A DNA stretch of 64,000 bases, taken from Balanoglossus misakiensis. Taxonomy: Eukaryota > Animalia > Hemichordata. The notes beneath the pieces were generated by a model. That model had not been told where the DNA came from. It was given only the letters and a program-made list of their open reading frames with translations, and ran no database searches. Below, piece by piece: positions 35,401 to 49,900 of the stretch (position 1 is its first letter; each line of letters starts with the position of its first letter). The position numbers and the translations under genes were made by a program. Location of the stretch: contig CM082582.2 of assembly GCA_040954595.2 (NCBI GenBank), forward strand, positions 1,364,001 through 1,428,000, written 5' to 3'.

Positions 35401-38400
35401 CAAAGTTGAAAATTTTTCAAAAATCGACGAAATTTATAGATTTTGCAAAGAGGAAAATTTGTCATTTTTTGATGATTTTCACCCATGATTTTTTTCAAAA
35501 TTGACGAAATTTTGAGTTTTTGCAGTCGAAAATTTGTCATTTTTTGATCATTTTCCCCATGATTTTTTTCAAAAATCGACGAAATTTTGAGATTTTGCAA
35601 AGTCGAAAATTTGTCATTTTTTGATGATTTTCACCCTTGATTTTCTTCAAAAATCGACGAAATTTTGAGATTTTGCAAAGTCGAAAATTTATCATTTTTT
35701 GATGATTTTCACCCATGATTTTTTTCAAAAATCGATGAAATTTTGAGATTTTGCAGTAAAAAAAATGTCATTTTTTGATGATTTTCACCCATGATTTTTT
35801 TCAAAATTGACGAAATTTTGAGATTTTGCAGTCGAAAATTTGTCATTTTTTGATCATTTTCCCCCATGATTTTTTTCAAAAATCGACGAAATTTTGAGAT
35901 TTTGCAAAGTCGAAAATTTGTCATTTTTTCATGATTTTCACCCATGATTTTTTCAAAAATCGATGAAATTTTCAGATTTTGCAAAGTCGAAAATTTGTCA
36001 TTTTTTGATGATTTTCACCCATGATTTTTTTCAAAATTGACGAAATTTTGAGATTGTGCAAAGTCAAAAATTTGTCATTTTTTGATGATTTTCACCCATG
36101 ATTTTTTTTCACAAATCGACGAAATTTTGAGATTTTGTAGTCGTAAATTTGTCATTTTTGATGATTTTCCCCCATGATTTTTTTCAAAAATCAACGAAAT
36201 TTTGAGATTTTGCAAAGTCGAAAATTTGTCATTTTTAGATGATTTTCACCCGTCTTTTTTCAAAAAATCGACGAAATTTTGAGATTTTGCAAAAAGGAAA
36301 ATTTGTCAATTTTTGATAATTTTCAACAATGATTTATTTCAAAAATCGACGAAATTTTGAGATTTTGCAGTCGAAAATTTGTCATTTTTTGATGATTTTC
36401 CCCCATGATTTTTTTCAAAAATCGACGAAATTTTGAGATTTTGCAAAGTTGAACATTTTTCAAAAATCGACGAAATTTATAGATTTTGCAAAGAGGAAAA
36501 TTTGTCATTTTTTGATGATTTTCACCCATGATTTTTTTCAAAATTGATGAAATTTTGAGTTTTTGCAGTCGAAAATTTGTCATAAATTGATGATTTTCAC
36601 CCATGATTTTTTCAAAATTGACGAAATTTTGAAATTTTGCAGTCGAAAATTTGTCATTTTTTGATCATTTTCCCCCATGATTTTTTTCAAAAATCGACGA
36701 AAATTTGAGATTTTGCAAAGTCGAAAATTTGTCATTTTTTGATGATTTTCACCCATGATTTTTTTCAAAATTGACGAAATTTTGAAATTTTGCAAAGTCA
36801 AAAATTTGTCATTTTTTGATGATTTTCAACAATTTTTTTTAAAAAATCGACGAAAATTTGAGATTTTTCAGTCAAAAATTTGTCATTTTTTGATGATTTT
36901 CTCCCATGATTTTTTTCAAAAATCGACGAAATTTTGAGATTTTGCAAAGTTGAAAATTTTTCAAAAATCGACGAAATTTATAGATTTTGCAAAGAGGAAA
37001 ATTTGTCATTTTTTGATGATTTTCACCCATGATTTTTTTCAAAATTGACGAAATTTTGAGTTTTTGCAGTCGAAAATTTGTCATTTTTTGATCATTTTCC
37101 CCATGATTTTTTTCAAAAATCGACGAAATTTTGAGATTTTGCAAAGTCGAAAATTTGTCATTTTTTGATGATTTTCACCCTTGATTTTCTTCAAAAATCG
37201 ACGAAATTTTGAGATTTTGCAAAGTCGAAAATTTATCATTTTTTGATGATTTTCACCCATGATTTTTTTCAAAAATCGATGAAATTTTGAGATTTTGCAG
37301 TAAAAAAAATGTCATTTTTTGATGATTTTCACCCATGATTTTTTTCAAAATTGACGAAATTTTGAGATTTTGCAGTCGAAAATTTGTCATTTTTTGATCA
37401 TTTTCCCCCATGATTTTTTTCAAAAATCGACGAAATTTTCAGATTTTGCAAAGTCGAAAATTTGTCATTTTTTCCTGATTTTCACCCATGATTTTTTCAA
37501 AAATCGACGAAATTTTGAGATTTTGCAGTCGAAAATTTGTAATTTTTTGATGATTTTCCCCCATGATTTTTTTCAAAAATCGACGAAATTTTGAGATTTT
37601 GCAAAGTCGAAAATTTGTCATTTTTTGATGATTTTCACCCATGATTTTCTTGAAAAATCGACGAAATTTTGAGATTTTGCAAAGTCGAAAATTTGTCATT
37701 TTTTGATGATTTTCACCCATGATTTTTTTCAAAAATCGACGAAATTTTGAGATTTTGCAAAGTCGAAAATTTGTCATTTTTTGATGATTTTCACCCATGA
37801 TTTTTTTCAAAAATCGACGAAATTTTGAGATTTTGCAAAGTCGAAAATGTGTCATTTTTTGATGATTTTCACCCATGTTTTTTTTTTAAAATCGACGAAC
37901 CTATGATTTTTTTCAAAATAGACGAAATTTTGTGATTTTGCAAAGTCGAAAATTTTGTCATTTTTTGATGATTTTCAACCATGATTTTTTTTCAAAAATC
38001 GACGAAATTTTGAGATTTTGCAAAATCGTAAATTTGTCATTTTTTGATGATTTTCCCCCAATGGTTTTTTTCAAAATCGACGAAATTTTGAGATTTTGCA
38101 AAGTCGAAAATTTGTCATTTTTTGATGATTTTCCCCCATGATTTTTTTTCAAAAATGGACGAAATTTTGAGATTTTGCAAAGACGAAAATTTGTCATTTT
38201 TTGATGATTTTCACCCATGATTTTTTTTCAAAAATCGACGAAATTTTGAGATTTTGCAAAGTCGAAAATGTGTCATTTTTTGATGATTTTCACCCGTTTT
38301 TTTTCAAAATTTGTCATTTTTTGAAGATTTTCACCCATGATTTTTTTTCAAAAATCGACGAAATTTTGAGATTTTGCAAAGTCGAAAATGTGTCATTTTT

Positions 38401-41400
38401 TGATGATTTTCACCCATGATTTTTTTCAAAAATCGATGAAATTTTGAGATTTTGCAGTAAAAAAATTGTCATTTTTTGATGATTTTCACCCATGATTTTC
38501 TTCAAAAATCGACGAAATTTTGAGATTTTGCAAAGTCGAAAATTTGTCATTTTTTGATGGTTTTCACCCATGATTTTTTTTCAAAAATCGACGAAATTTT
38601 GAGATTTTGCAAAGTCGAAAATGTGTCATTTTTTGACGATTTTCACCCGTTTTTTTTTCAAAATTTGTCATTTTTTCATGATTTTCACCCATGATTTTTT
38701 TCAAAAATCGACGAAATTTTGAGATTTTGCAAAGTCGAAAATTTGTCATTTTTTGATGATTTTCACCCATGATTTTTTTCAAAAATCGACGAAATGTTGA
38801 GATTTTGCAAAGTCGAAAATGTGTCAATTTTTGATGATTTTCACCCATGTTTTTTTTTTAAAATCGACGAACCTATGATTTTTTTCAAAATAGACGAAAT
38901 TTTGTGATTTTGCAAAGTCGAAAATTTTGTCATTTTTTGATGATTTTCAACCATGATTTTTTTTCAAAAATCGACGAAATTTTGAGATTTTGCAAAATCG
39001 AAAATTTGTCATTTTTTGATGATTTTCCCCCAATGGTTTTTTTCAAAATCGACGAAATTTTGAGATTTTGCAAAGTCGAAAATTTGTCATTTTTTGATGA
39101 TTTTCCCCCATGATTTTTTTTCAAAAATGGACGAAATTTTGAGATTTTGCAAAGACGAAAATTTGTCATTTTTTGATGATTTTCACCCATGATTTTTTTT
39201 CAAAAATCGACGAAATTTTGAGATTTTGCAAAGTCGAAAATGTGTCATTTTTTGATGATTTTCACCCGTTTTTTTTCAAAATTTGTCATTTTTTGATGAT
39301 TTTCACCCATGATTTTTTTTCAAAAATCGACGAAATTTTGAGATTTTGCAAAGTCGAAAATGTGTCATTTTTTGATGATTTTCACCCATGATTTTTTTCA
39401 AAAATCGATGAAATTTTGAGATTTTGCAGTAAAAAAATTGTCATTTTTTGATGATTTTCACCCATGATTTTTTTCAAAATGACAAATTTTCGACTTCGCA
39501 CAATCTCAAAATTTCGTCGATTTTCACCCATGATTTTTTTCAAAAATCGACGAAATGTTGAGATTTTGCAAAGTCGAAAATTTGTCATTTTTTGATGATT
39601 TTCACCCATGATTTTTTTCAAAAATCGACGAAATGTTGAGATTTTGCAAAGTCGAAAATTTTGTCATTTTTTGATGATTTTCAACCATGATTTTTTTCAA
39701 AAATCGACTAAATGTTGAGATTTTGCAAAGTCGAAAATGTGTCATTTTTTGATGATTTTCACCCGGTTTTTTTTCAAAATTTGTCATTTTTTCATGATTT
39801 TCACCCATGATTTTTTTCAAAATCGACGAAATTTTGTGATTTTTCAAAGTCGAAAATTTTGTCATTTTTTGATGATTTTCAACCATGATTTTTTTTCAAG
39901 AATCGACGAAATTTTGTGATTTTACAAAGTCGAAAATTTTGTCATTTTTTGATGATTTTCACCCTTGATTTTCTTCAAAAATCGACGAAATTTTGAGATT
40001 TTGCAAAGTCGAAAATTTATCATTTTTTGATGATTTTCACCCATGATTTTTTTCAAAAATCGATGAAATTTTGAGATTTTGCAGTAAAAAAATTGTCATT
40101 TTTTGATGATTTTCACCCATGATTTTTTTCAAAATTGACGAAATTTTGAGATTTTGCAGTCGAAAATTTGTCATTTTTTGATCATTTTCCCCCATGATTT
40201 TTTTCAAAAATCGACGAAATTTTCAGATTTTGCAAAGTCGAAAATTTGTCATTTTTTGATGATTTTCAACCATGATTTTTTTTCAAAAATCGACGAAATT
40301 TTGAGATTTTGCAAAATCGAAAATTTGTCATTTTTTGATGATTTTCCCCCAATGGTTTTTTTCAAAATCGACGAAATTTTGTGATTTTGCAAAGTCGAAA
40401 ATTTTGTCATTTTTTGATGATTTTCAACCATGATTTTTTTTCAAAAATCGACGAAATTTTGAGATTTTGCAAAATCGAAAATTTGTCATTTTTTGATGAT
40501 TTTCCCCCAATGGTTTTTTTCAAAATCGACGAAATTTTGAGATTTTGCAGTCGAAAATTTGTAATTTTTTGATGATTTTCAACCATGATTTTTTTCAAAA
40601 ATCGACGAAATTTTGAGATTTTGCAAAGTCGAAAATTTGTCATTTTTTGATGATTTTCACCCATGATTTTCTTCAAAAATCGACGAAATTTTGAGATTTT
40701 GCAAAGTCGAAAATTTGTCATTTTTTGATGGTTTTCACCCATGATTTTTTTTCAAAAATCGACGAAATTTTGAGATTTTGCAAAGTCGAAAATGTGTCAT
40801 TTTTTGACGATTTTCACCCGTTTTTTTTCAAAATTTGTCATTTTTTCATGATTTTCACCCATGATTTTTTTTCAAAAATCGACGAAATTTTGAGATTTTG
40901 CAAAGTCGAAAATTTATCATTTTTTGATGATTTTCACCCATGATTTTTTTCAAAAATCGATGAAATTTTGAGATTTTGCAGTAAAAAAATTGTCATTTTT
41001 TGATGATTTTCACCCATGATTTTTTTCAAAATTGACGAAATTTTGAGATTTTGCAGTCGAAAATTTGTCATTTTTTGATCATTTTCCCCCATGATTTTTT
41101 TCAAAAATCGACGAAATTTTCAGATTTTGCAAAGTCGAAAATTTGTCATTTTTTGATGATTTTCAACTATGATTTTTTTTCAAAAATCGACGAAATTTTG
41201 AGATTTTGCAAAATCGAAAATTTGTCATTTTTTGATGATTTTCCCCCAATGGTTTTTTTCAAAATCGACGAAATTTTGTGATTTTGCAAAGTCGAAAATT
41301 TTGTCATTTTTTGATGATTTTCAACCATGATTTTTTTTCAAAAATCGACGAAATTTTGAGATTTTGCAAAATCGAAAATTTGTCATTTTTTGATGATTTT

Positions 41401-43811
41401 CCCCCAATGGTTTTTTTCAAAATCGACGAAATTTTGAGATTTTGCAGTCGAAAATTTGTAATTTTTTGATGATTTTCCCCCATGATTTTTTTCAAAAATC
41501 GACGAAATTTTGAGATTTTGCAAAGTCGAAAATTTGTCATTTTTTGATGATTTTCACCCATGATTTTCTTCAAAAATCGACGAAATTTTGAGATTTTGCA
41601 AAGTCGAAAATTTGTCATTTTTTGATGGTTTTCACCCATGATTTTTTTTCAAAAATCGACGAAATTTTGAGATTTTGCAAAGTCGAAAATGTGTCATTTT
41701 TTGACGATTTTCACCCGTTTTTTTTTCAAAATTTGTCATTTTTTCATGATTTTCACCCATGATTTTTTTCAAAAATCAACGAAATTTTGAGATTTTGCAA
41801 AGTCGAAAATTTGTCATTTTTTGATGATTTTCACCCATGATTTTTTTCAAAAATCGACGAAATGTTGAGATTTTGCAAAGACGAAAACTTGTCATTTTTT
41901 GATGATTTTCACCCATGATTTTTTTCAAAATTGACGAAATTTTGAGATTGTGCAAAGTCAAAAATTTGTCATTTTTTGATGATTTTCACCCATGATTTTT
42001 TTTCACAAATCGACGAAATTTTGAGATTTTGTAGTCGTAAATTTGTCATTTTTGATGATTTTCCCCCATGATTTTTTTCAAAAATCAACGAAATTTTGAG
42101 ATTTTGCAAAGTCGAAAATTTGTCATTTTTAGATGATTTTCACCCGTCTTTTTTCAAAAAATCGACGAAATTTTGAGATTTTGCAAAAAGGAAAATTTGT
42201 CAATTTTTGATAATTTTCAACAATGATTTATTTCAAAAATCGACGAAATTTTGAGATTTTGCAGTCGAAAATTTGTCATTTTTTGATGATTTTCCCCTAT
42301 GATTTTTTTCAAAAATCGACGAAATTTTGAGATTTTGCAAAGTTGAAAATTTTTCAAAAATCGACGAAATTTATAGATTTTGCAAAGAGGAAAATTTGTC
42401 ATTTTTTGATGATTTTCACCCATGATTTTTTTCAAAATTGATGAAATTTTGAGTTTTTGCAGTCGAAAATTTGTCATAAATTGATGATTTTCACCCATGA
42501 TTTTTTCAAAATTGACGAAATTTTGAAATTTTGCAGTCGAAAATTTGTCATTTTTTGATCATTTTCCCCCATGATTTTTTTCAAAAATCGACGAAAATTT
42601 GAGATTTTGCAAAGTCGAAAATTTGTCATTTTTTGATGATTTTCACCCATGATTTTTTTCAAAATTGACGAAATTTTGAGATTTTGCAAAGTCAAAAATT
42701 TGTCATTTTTTGATGATTTTCAACAATTTTTTTTTAAAAAATCGACGAAAATTTGAGATTTTTCAGTCAAAAATTTGTCATTTTTTGATGATTTTCTCCC
42801 ATGATTTTTTTCAAAAATCGACGAAATTTTGAGATTTTGCAAAGTTGAAAATTTTTCAAAAATCGACGAAATTTATAGATTTTGCAAAGAGGAAAATTTG
42901 TCATTTTTTGATGATTTTCACCCATGATTTTTTTCAAAATTGACGAAATTTTGAGTTTTTGCAGTCGAAAATTTGTCATTTTTTGATCATTTTCCCCATG
43001 ATTTTTTTCAAAAATCGACGAAATTTTGAGATTTTGCAAAGTCGAAAATTTGTCATTTTTTGATGATTTTCACCCTTGATTTTCTTCAAAAATCGACGAA
43101 ATTTTGAGATTTTGCAAAGTCGAAAATTTATCATTTTTTGATGATTTTCACCCACGATTTTTTTCAAAAATCGATGAAATTTTGAGATTTTGCAGTAAAA
43201 AAATTGTCATTTTTTGATGATTTTCACCCGTGATTTTTTTCAAAATTGACGAAATTTTGAGATTTTGCAAAGTCGAAAATTTGTCATTTTTTGATGGTTT
43301 TCACCCATGATTTTTTTTCAAAAATCGACGAAATTTTGAGATTTTGCAAAGTCGAAAATGTGTCATTTTTTGACGATTTTCACCCGTTTTTTTTTTCAAA
43401 ATTTGTCATTTTTTCATGATTTTCACCCATGATTTTTTTCAAAAATCGACGAAATTTTGAGATTTTGCAAAGTCGAAAATGTGTCATTTTTTGATGATTT
43501 TCACCCATGATTTTTTTTCAAAAATCGACGAAATTTTGAGATTTTGCGAAGTCGAAAATTTGTCATTTTTTGATGATTTTCACCCATGTTTTTTTTTTAA
43601 AATCGACGAACCTATGATTTTTTTCAAAATAGACGAAATTTTGTGATTTTGCAAAGTCGAAAATTTTGTCATTTTTTGATGATTTTCAACCATGATTTTT
43701 TTTCAAAAATCGACGAAATTTTGTGATTTTACAAAGTCGAAAATTTTGTCATTTTTTGATGATTTTCACCCTTGATTTTCTTCAAAAATCGACGAAATTT
43801 TGAGATTTTGC
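29411..43811. repeat. AT-rich 78-bp satellite array (~14.4 kb) with local higher-order repeats
   Basis: Consensus catgatttttttcaaaaatcgacgaaattttgagattttgcaaagtcgaaaatttgtcattttttgatgattttcacc. HOR periods of 1421, 1544, 972 and 897 bp from recurring variant ORFs. Confidence 0.98.
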
Positions 43812-43914
43812 GAGAGAGTGTTTGTCCCTTTAAAACATTGTTCTCTTGCATCATGAATCCTTGATTGCCTCTTCATTCAAACAACGTCTTGATCAATTTG
43901 AATGCGTTACCTAC

Positions 43915-46900
43915 CTGCCCAGTAATGTACATGAAAACCTCTCATTGTAACTGCATCATCACTCTTAATGTCAACTCTCATCATACTTTTGGAAGATATG
44001 ATGACATTGGGTAACTCCATCCCAGAAAATAAAGCAAGTCTGAGGGCAGGATTCAGTTCAGTGCCATCGTATACAGACACTTGATCAGCCCCATCTTCTG
44101 TTGCAAAGGAGATAAACGGAAAAGATATAAAAAATAGCATCAAAGACACTTTGCTCCTATTTGATATGTACATTTAAATGTGACATACCGTACAATCATA
44201 GTGATCACAATTTCCTACACAAAACCATTAAGGGGCAAAGTCTCTCTCTCTCTCGCTGCCCCTTTTCCATTAATTATCGTTTGATTATCGTTTATGTTAT
44301 TCTAGATGTGGATATATAGTGAATCAACATTCCATCCCGCTTCATTTTGGGCGAGATTTTTACTCTCATATCCTAAAAATGGGATGGAAGGTGTGTGTGG
44401 TCGAATGTTGATTCACTATATATCCTCATGTAGAATAACATAAACGGTGTCTTGTATCAAACATAATTAATGGGAAAAGGGCAGCGAGAGAGAGAGACTT
44501 CGTCCCTATAAGGACACCTTTAGCATTGATGAGGTAATATAAGAATACATCTGATAAAGAATATTTTCACATCCCAATAAACCAAAATCCAAAACAACTG
44601 GAAGAGCCGTTTCTGACATAAGTGGACTTTTGGACCAAAAATGTCTAAAACTACCCACCCCCCTCCTCCCCAGTATTGATATTTGTCACATGTTTATGTA
44701 CACCATAATAACAAATATTGTAGGTCCTTGTAAACCAAATTTTAAGAAATCGGAAAAGTGACTACTGAGAATTGACCAGAAATGACAAAAATAAAATGTA
44801 TTTTTAAAAATATAATTACTAATTTTTGTCATGCTGTAAAACAACTCACACGATTAATTGCATCTGAATCCACTACATGTAAAGTGACAACAAATTCTGT
44901 TGTGAATGATGCCAGCTGTCAGTTACAATCTTCATTGTTGAGATAATTCTTGCCTTCAAAATATTCTGTACTGCTGAGATTCTGTTTATATGACTGTGCT
45001 ATGAAATTCCCACCACACAAAGAATACACTGAAAGAAAGAAGAAGTCATCTTAACAGAAACACTTCACAAACAGGACATCAGCAAGATCACAGTCGAGGT
45101 AGGGCAAATATTGCCTACATGTGCAATCTATAATGTTATACCAGGTTCACGTAGGGTAAAATTCGAAACGTTTCAGAGACACTATTTGCCTAAGGTAAAC
45201 ACAGAGCATTAATGCTTTTAGTTGCCTTGTGTCCACACATGCAAAGTTTATGTGTAGTTCGCGAAAATTTATCGTTTGCGAAAATTTCCAGTTTTACATT
45301 ATGTATAAAACTTGGTATTACCTGCTTGCCAAGATGCTTCAAAGCCAGTAGCAGTATGCGAACTATCTGAGAGAAATTTCACCAACATTGCATTACCACT
45401 GCTAATAACTTCATCAGGCTGGTCCGGTCCACTGTATGTGGCAAGAATTTGGATGGGTCAAACACAGACACCTCGACAATGACAACAGTATCATGATAAA
45501 GTTCAGTGTCAAAATGTAGAAACTGAAAAGAATAAAAAATGTCACAACACACATCATAAATAGTGAGCTGTCTCAAGCCAATATACATGAAAATAAACAC
45601 AGTTTCATGACTTAAGCCCCATTAGCTGTAACTTTTTGCATTTTTCAGTATTTCTATTCTGTGTATCAATTATAGTTTCTTGTTCAGCTACGCAGGGCAG
45701 AGTTAAATCCATAGTCTTAACTTCTCAACGAAACCTATGAGGGCACAATCGGCATTGTTGTTGTTTGAAAACATTCGTAAATAATAACAACAGTCAGTAC
45801 ACATACACATGACTCGTTGACAAGCAGAGAGCTGGGTGTGATGGGTTACTCATGAGGAGAGGAACAAGAAAAAGTGTTTAATTTAAATAATAACACATGA
45901 TAGCGAGGGCAATATCACGATTTGAAGCCTGCATGAGGGATGGTGATCTCTGACCATAATATTGATGATGCCCGAGCCGCAGGCGAGGGTATCATCAATA
46001 TTTTGGTCAGAGATCACCAGCCCGAGGGCAGGCTTCAAATCGTGATGTTGCCCGAGCATAATGTGTTATTAATTTTATTACGCCGAACATTTGAACGTAC
46101 ATACACTGCAGCATGTAGCATGTAGACTCGCGTCCATATGTCGTACGTTGCTGAGAATGTAAAATGTCTCGATCTCCCAAGAATTATACGATACCTACTT
46201 CGAACTTAGATTATTTTGAAAATACTGCGCTGTTGGTTGCGATTTTGGTGTATTTACTGCCCGTTTGCAGTAAAATATCATCCAGTAGAACAGGTGTTAA
46301 GCCTGTGTGTCGCTTTGAAGCCATATAGATGCGGGAGTTGACTGATCGTGAAGGAAGCCATTGAACGACAGTTTGGAACGCGCAGAAGTCGTGCCCAGAA
46401 CACCAAAACAACCAAGTGGGCAATATCAGCGCACGCGACAGGGCTTTATCAACTCTAGCCATGTTATATCACTTTTTTTTCTATATCACGTGAGCGCGTC
46501 TCAGCCAATCACGAAAACGGTATAATACGTGAGGTGTAATAAACACAAAACAAAATTACTGATAAACTAGCCTGAAGTTATAGATAATGGCCCTTTAATT
46601 CAAAAGTTTACCAAAAATCATGTTTGTTATAAGGAAGAAAAAAATCAAATTATTTTTTTTTTAGTTGAAATGAATTTAAATCTAATACATGTGTCTGTTT
46701 TTTTTTTAAAGTGTTTGTATGTCGAATGGACGGGAAAAGGTGTTTTGTATAGGCAGGTTTCCAGATTAGACAGAGTTAGTGGTTTATGCAAGTTTTACTG
46801 TAAAAAATAACTGGTTTTGGAATTTGACAGTTTACAAGTGAGCACTTATTCTGGATGTTGCAGGTCCCTGGATTGTCCAAATACATTCTTGTAGAATGTA

Positions 46901-49900
46901 ATAATTATCATCTGGGTATCCAGTGCTGTGAAAGGTCCCCGATTCACCAGTTTCCAAACCACCACATGTTCCTGAATATCATTAAAATACAAAGAAAGAG
47001 TATGTTTGTGTGATGAATGGTCATAAAGATTCAGCTCATCAAGTTGACGAAATTTCATTGATGATAAAATTACTTCACCAACAGTGAGTATCCAATGTAC
47101 ATGTATAAAACAATGTTTGTATTAGTATAAATCAAATGTAAAAATTTTGAAACGACATTTATCACACCCGAAAATTCCAAGAACCGCATATTATGATTCT
47201 CTAAGCTCAAACTATCAGTGTGACAGATGCCAGATTCTTAAAATACTTGGCCCAGTTTTGTTTCTGATTTATATTTATGACATACTGTAAAACAGGAAAT
47301 TTTTCATGATATCAAAAGTGGCAACTGTTATGCGATGATTGATTTTCGCATTCTCATATTTCACGGCATTGCTATCTTCGAAAAACATTTTGACACAACT
47401 TGTTTATTTTCGCGTTTTTTTGGCTCTCGCATAGTTCGCAAAAATGTATCGCTCGCGAAAATTTCCTGTTTACAGTACAAAATTCTTTGAGGATCAGACT
47501 TTCTGCTGACAGTTCAAAAGTAGTCTTTAGTTGCAAAGGAGATGATCATACAAATAACCATACAATTAATGAGTGGAATTATCTAGCGACAACTGGCCTC
47601 AATTTTGAATTTCAAATATAACACCATTCTGCACCCAAGGAGACATCACATGATCTGATCCCCCTTGTTTAACTTTTAGTGGTGAGCTCTTCCAAGTATA
47701 TCTTGTATTGCTTAGGGGACTCTAACTCTCTCTCCTTCCCTCCCTTCCACCCCCTCCCCCTCCCTCTCTAGCTCTCTCCCTCCCCTCTCCCGCCCCTCTC
47801 CCTCCCCTCTCCCGCCCCTCTCCCTCCCTCCCACCCCTCTCTAGCTCTCTCTCCCTCCCTACCCCCTCTACCCCTCCCTCTCCCTCTAGTTCTCTCTCCC
47901 CCTCTCCCTCACTACCACCCTCCCTCCCCTCCCTCCCTGTCACTCTCCAGCTCTCTCTCCCTCCCCTCTCACTCTCCCCTTCCAGCCTCTCCCTCCCGCT
48001 CTTTTGCACACACTCTCTCTTAGTATATATATTGGGAGGTGACTACAGCAGTGCGAGAAAAGTAAAGACCTGATGCGAGTAAGGGAAGATTCTAGCTGAT
48101 TTGAATCAGACTTACCTTCAGCACAAGCTGCTACTTCACACATTGACAGACTGACATCATCACATCTTGCATGATACAATGGGTAATTATTTTCAAAGAG
48201 GTTTAACCTCACACATTGCCCAGTGGAGGCATCAGGTTCTGTGTCTGCCCATCGACCATCAAAGACACTACCTTTCCTGCCATCTGAATAATCATATTCC
48301 ACACTGCCATCTCGATTGGGTCCACTAAATCCTATAAAATGGAAATAAAGAAAGAAGATGCATACAGCAGTGTTCCATCCAGGATGGGGGGGGGGGGGAT
48401 ATGTCCCCCTTTGCTTGAATAGTTGCACTCTTGCAAGGAGGGGAATGAGTGACATCGCTGAGTCTGTAAGGGGCACCATTTCCCCCTTGACAAATTTCTA
48501 GGGGGGTGCCAACATGCTGACAGTGGGCGAATTCCCTCATCCCTCCATCTGGATGAAAAACTGCATACAGAGTCACTTAATAGCAAGATTTTGTGAGGTT
48601 ATTGAGATGTAAAAAATAGGCTTTTCAATTACCATCTTGAGACAATTATCATTCAAGTGTTACTATGCAGTGCTTACTTGTAAACTGTCAAATTCCAAAA
48701 CCAGTTATTTTTTACACTTGATACACCCACAAATTATTTGGGAACACTGACAAACACTGTTAAAAGACACACTCACCAATCCAACCATGGTTCGCTGTTT
48801 CATTGGAAGTCTCTTCAATCTGGTTTACAATCTCTGCTCCAGCATAACGATTTTCAGAATAACCCTCAATTACTGTCAAGTGCCCACCATAAAATCTGAA
48901 AATAAACCAATTTATAACACATCAAACATGTTCCAAACTAATTTCGAAATTCCAGTCCGTGAATAATACATTTCTTCTTTGAAAACATTTAATATTGGTG
49001 AATAAGAGGTTCATAAATGTATAACATTAGATTTTTGTTTGTAAAGTCTATATTTTGTGTTACACCTTTCCAATAAGTGTGTGATTAGTGTAGATTTCGG
49101 CAGAATTTCTGGGAAAAAAGAATCTGTGAAAAATTCACCTGAATTTTGGGGAGAAAAAAAATTGCTGAACGTTTCCTTTGAATAAAAAAGTTCAGCTTAT
49201 TTCTTTTAGAGAAAACATGACAATTTCCAGGAAATGGCTGTTGTTGTTTTTTTTTTGGTGTGAATAAACTTAAAAGACAAATTCTGATACAGTTGCATCA
49301 AGGTGATGGAAGAAATTCCCAGATTAACAGGATATTTGGAGAATTTATCCAGAATTTCAAAATTAGTTCGAAATGTGACATTGTGTTATCAATGATCTGT
49401 GTTGAGCAGTCGAACGATGAACGGGTAGTTGACAATTCCCACGAGCACACCCGTATCTTTCCTCGGTAGTTGCGCCGGGCCGGTCGGCAATGTAACAGAA
49501 AAAGTGGTACGATATGCCAGCTGAGCCGTCGCTAGTCTACAATTCCGAGTCTACAAGGCCGTCTCTAACTAAAAATTATAATAACTATCGAGGTACGTGA
49601 CAATTATATCAGCGAATGTGGGGCTGGGGGTTGCTGCAGTTTGCAGCCCCTCCATCTCCCCTGGACGATATTTGTTTTTGCGGGGCTGCAGGTCCCAGCT
49701 ATTCTAAACCGCACAACGAGCGACCGGGATTTGGGCCCGGAGCGAATTTCTACACTCCAGACGTCTCCAGTCCACAATTTTCCACAATTTTTTCGCCAAA
49801 TCGGTCCCGGAACCCATACAGCGCTTACCTGGCAAAGGATGTCGCGGTATTTGTCGATTTTGCCTACGTTTTCCCCAGTTATTCAACTTCAATCGGCAAA

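Noticed and set aside
29258-43167. Many K/F-rich ORFs (MGENHQKMTNFRLCKISKFRRFLKKI)n
   Set aside because: Translations of the 78-bp satellite with constant homopolymer frameshifts
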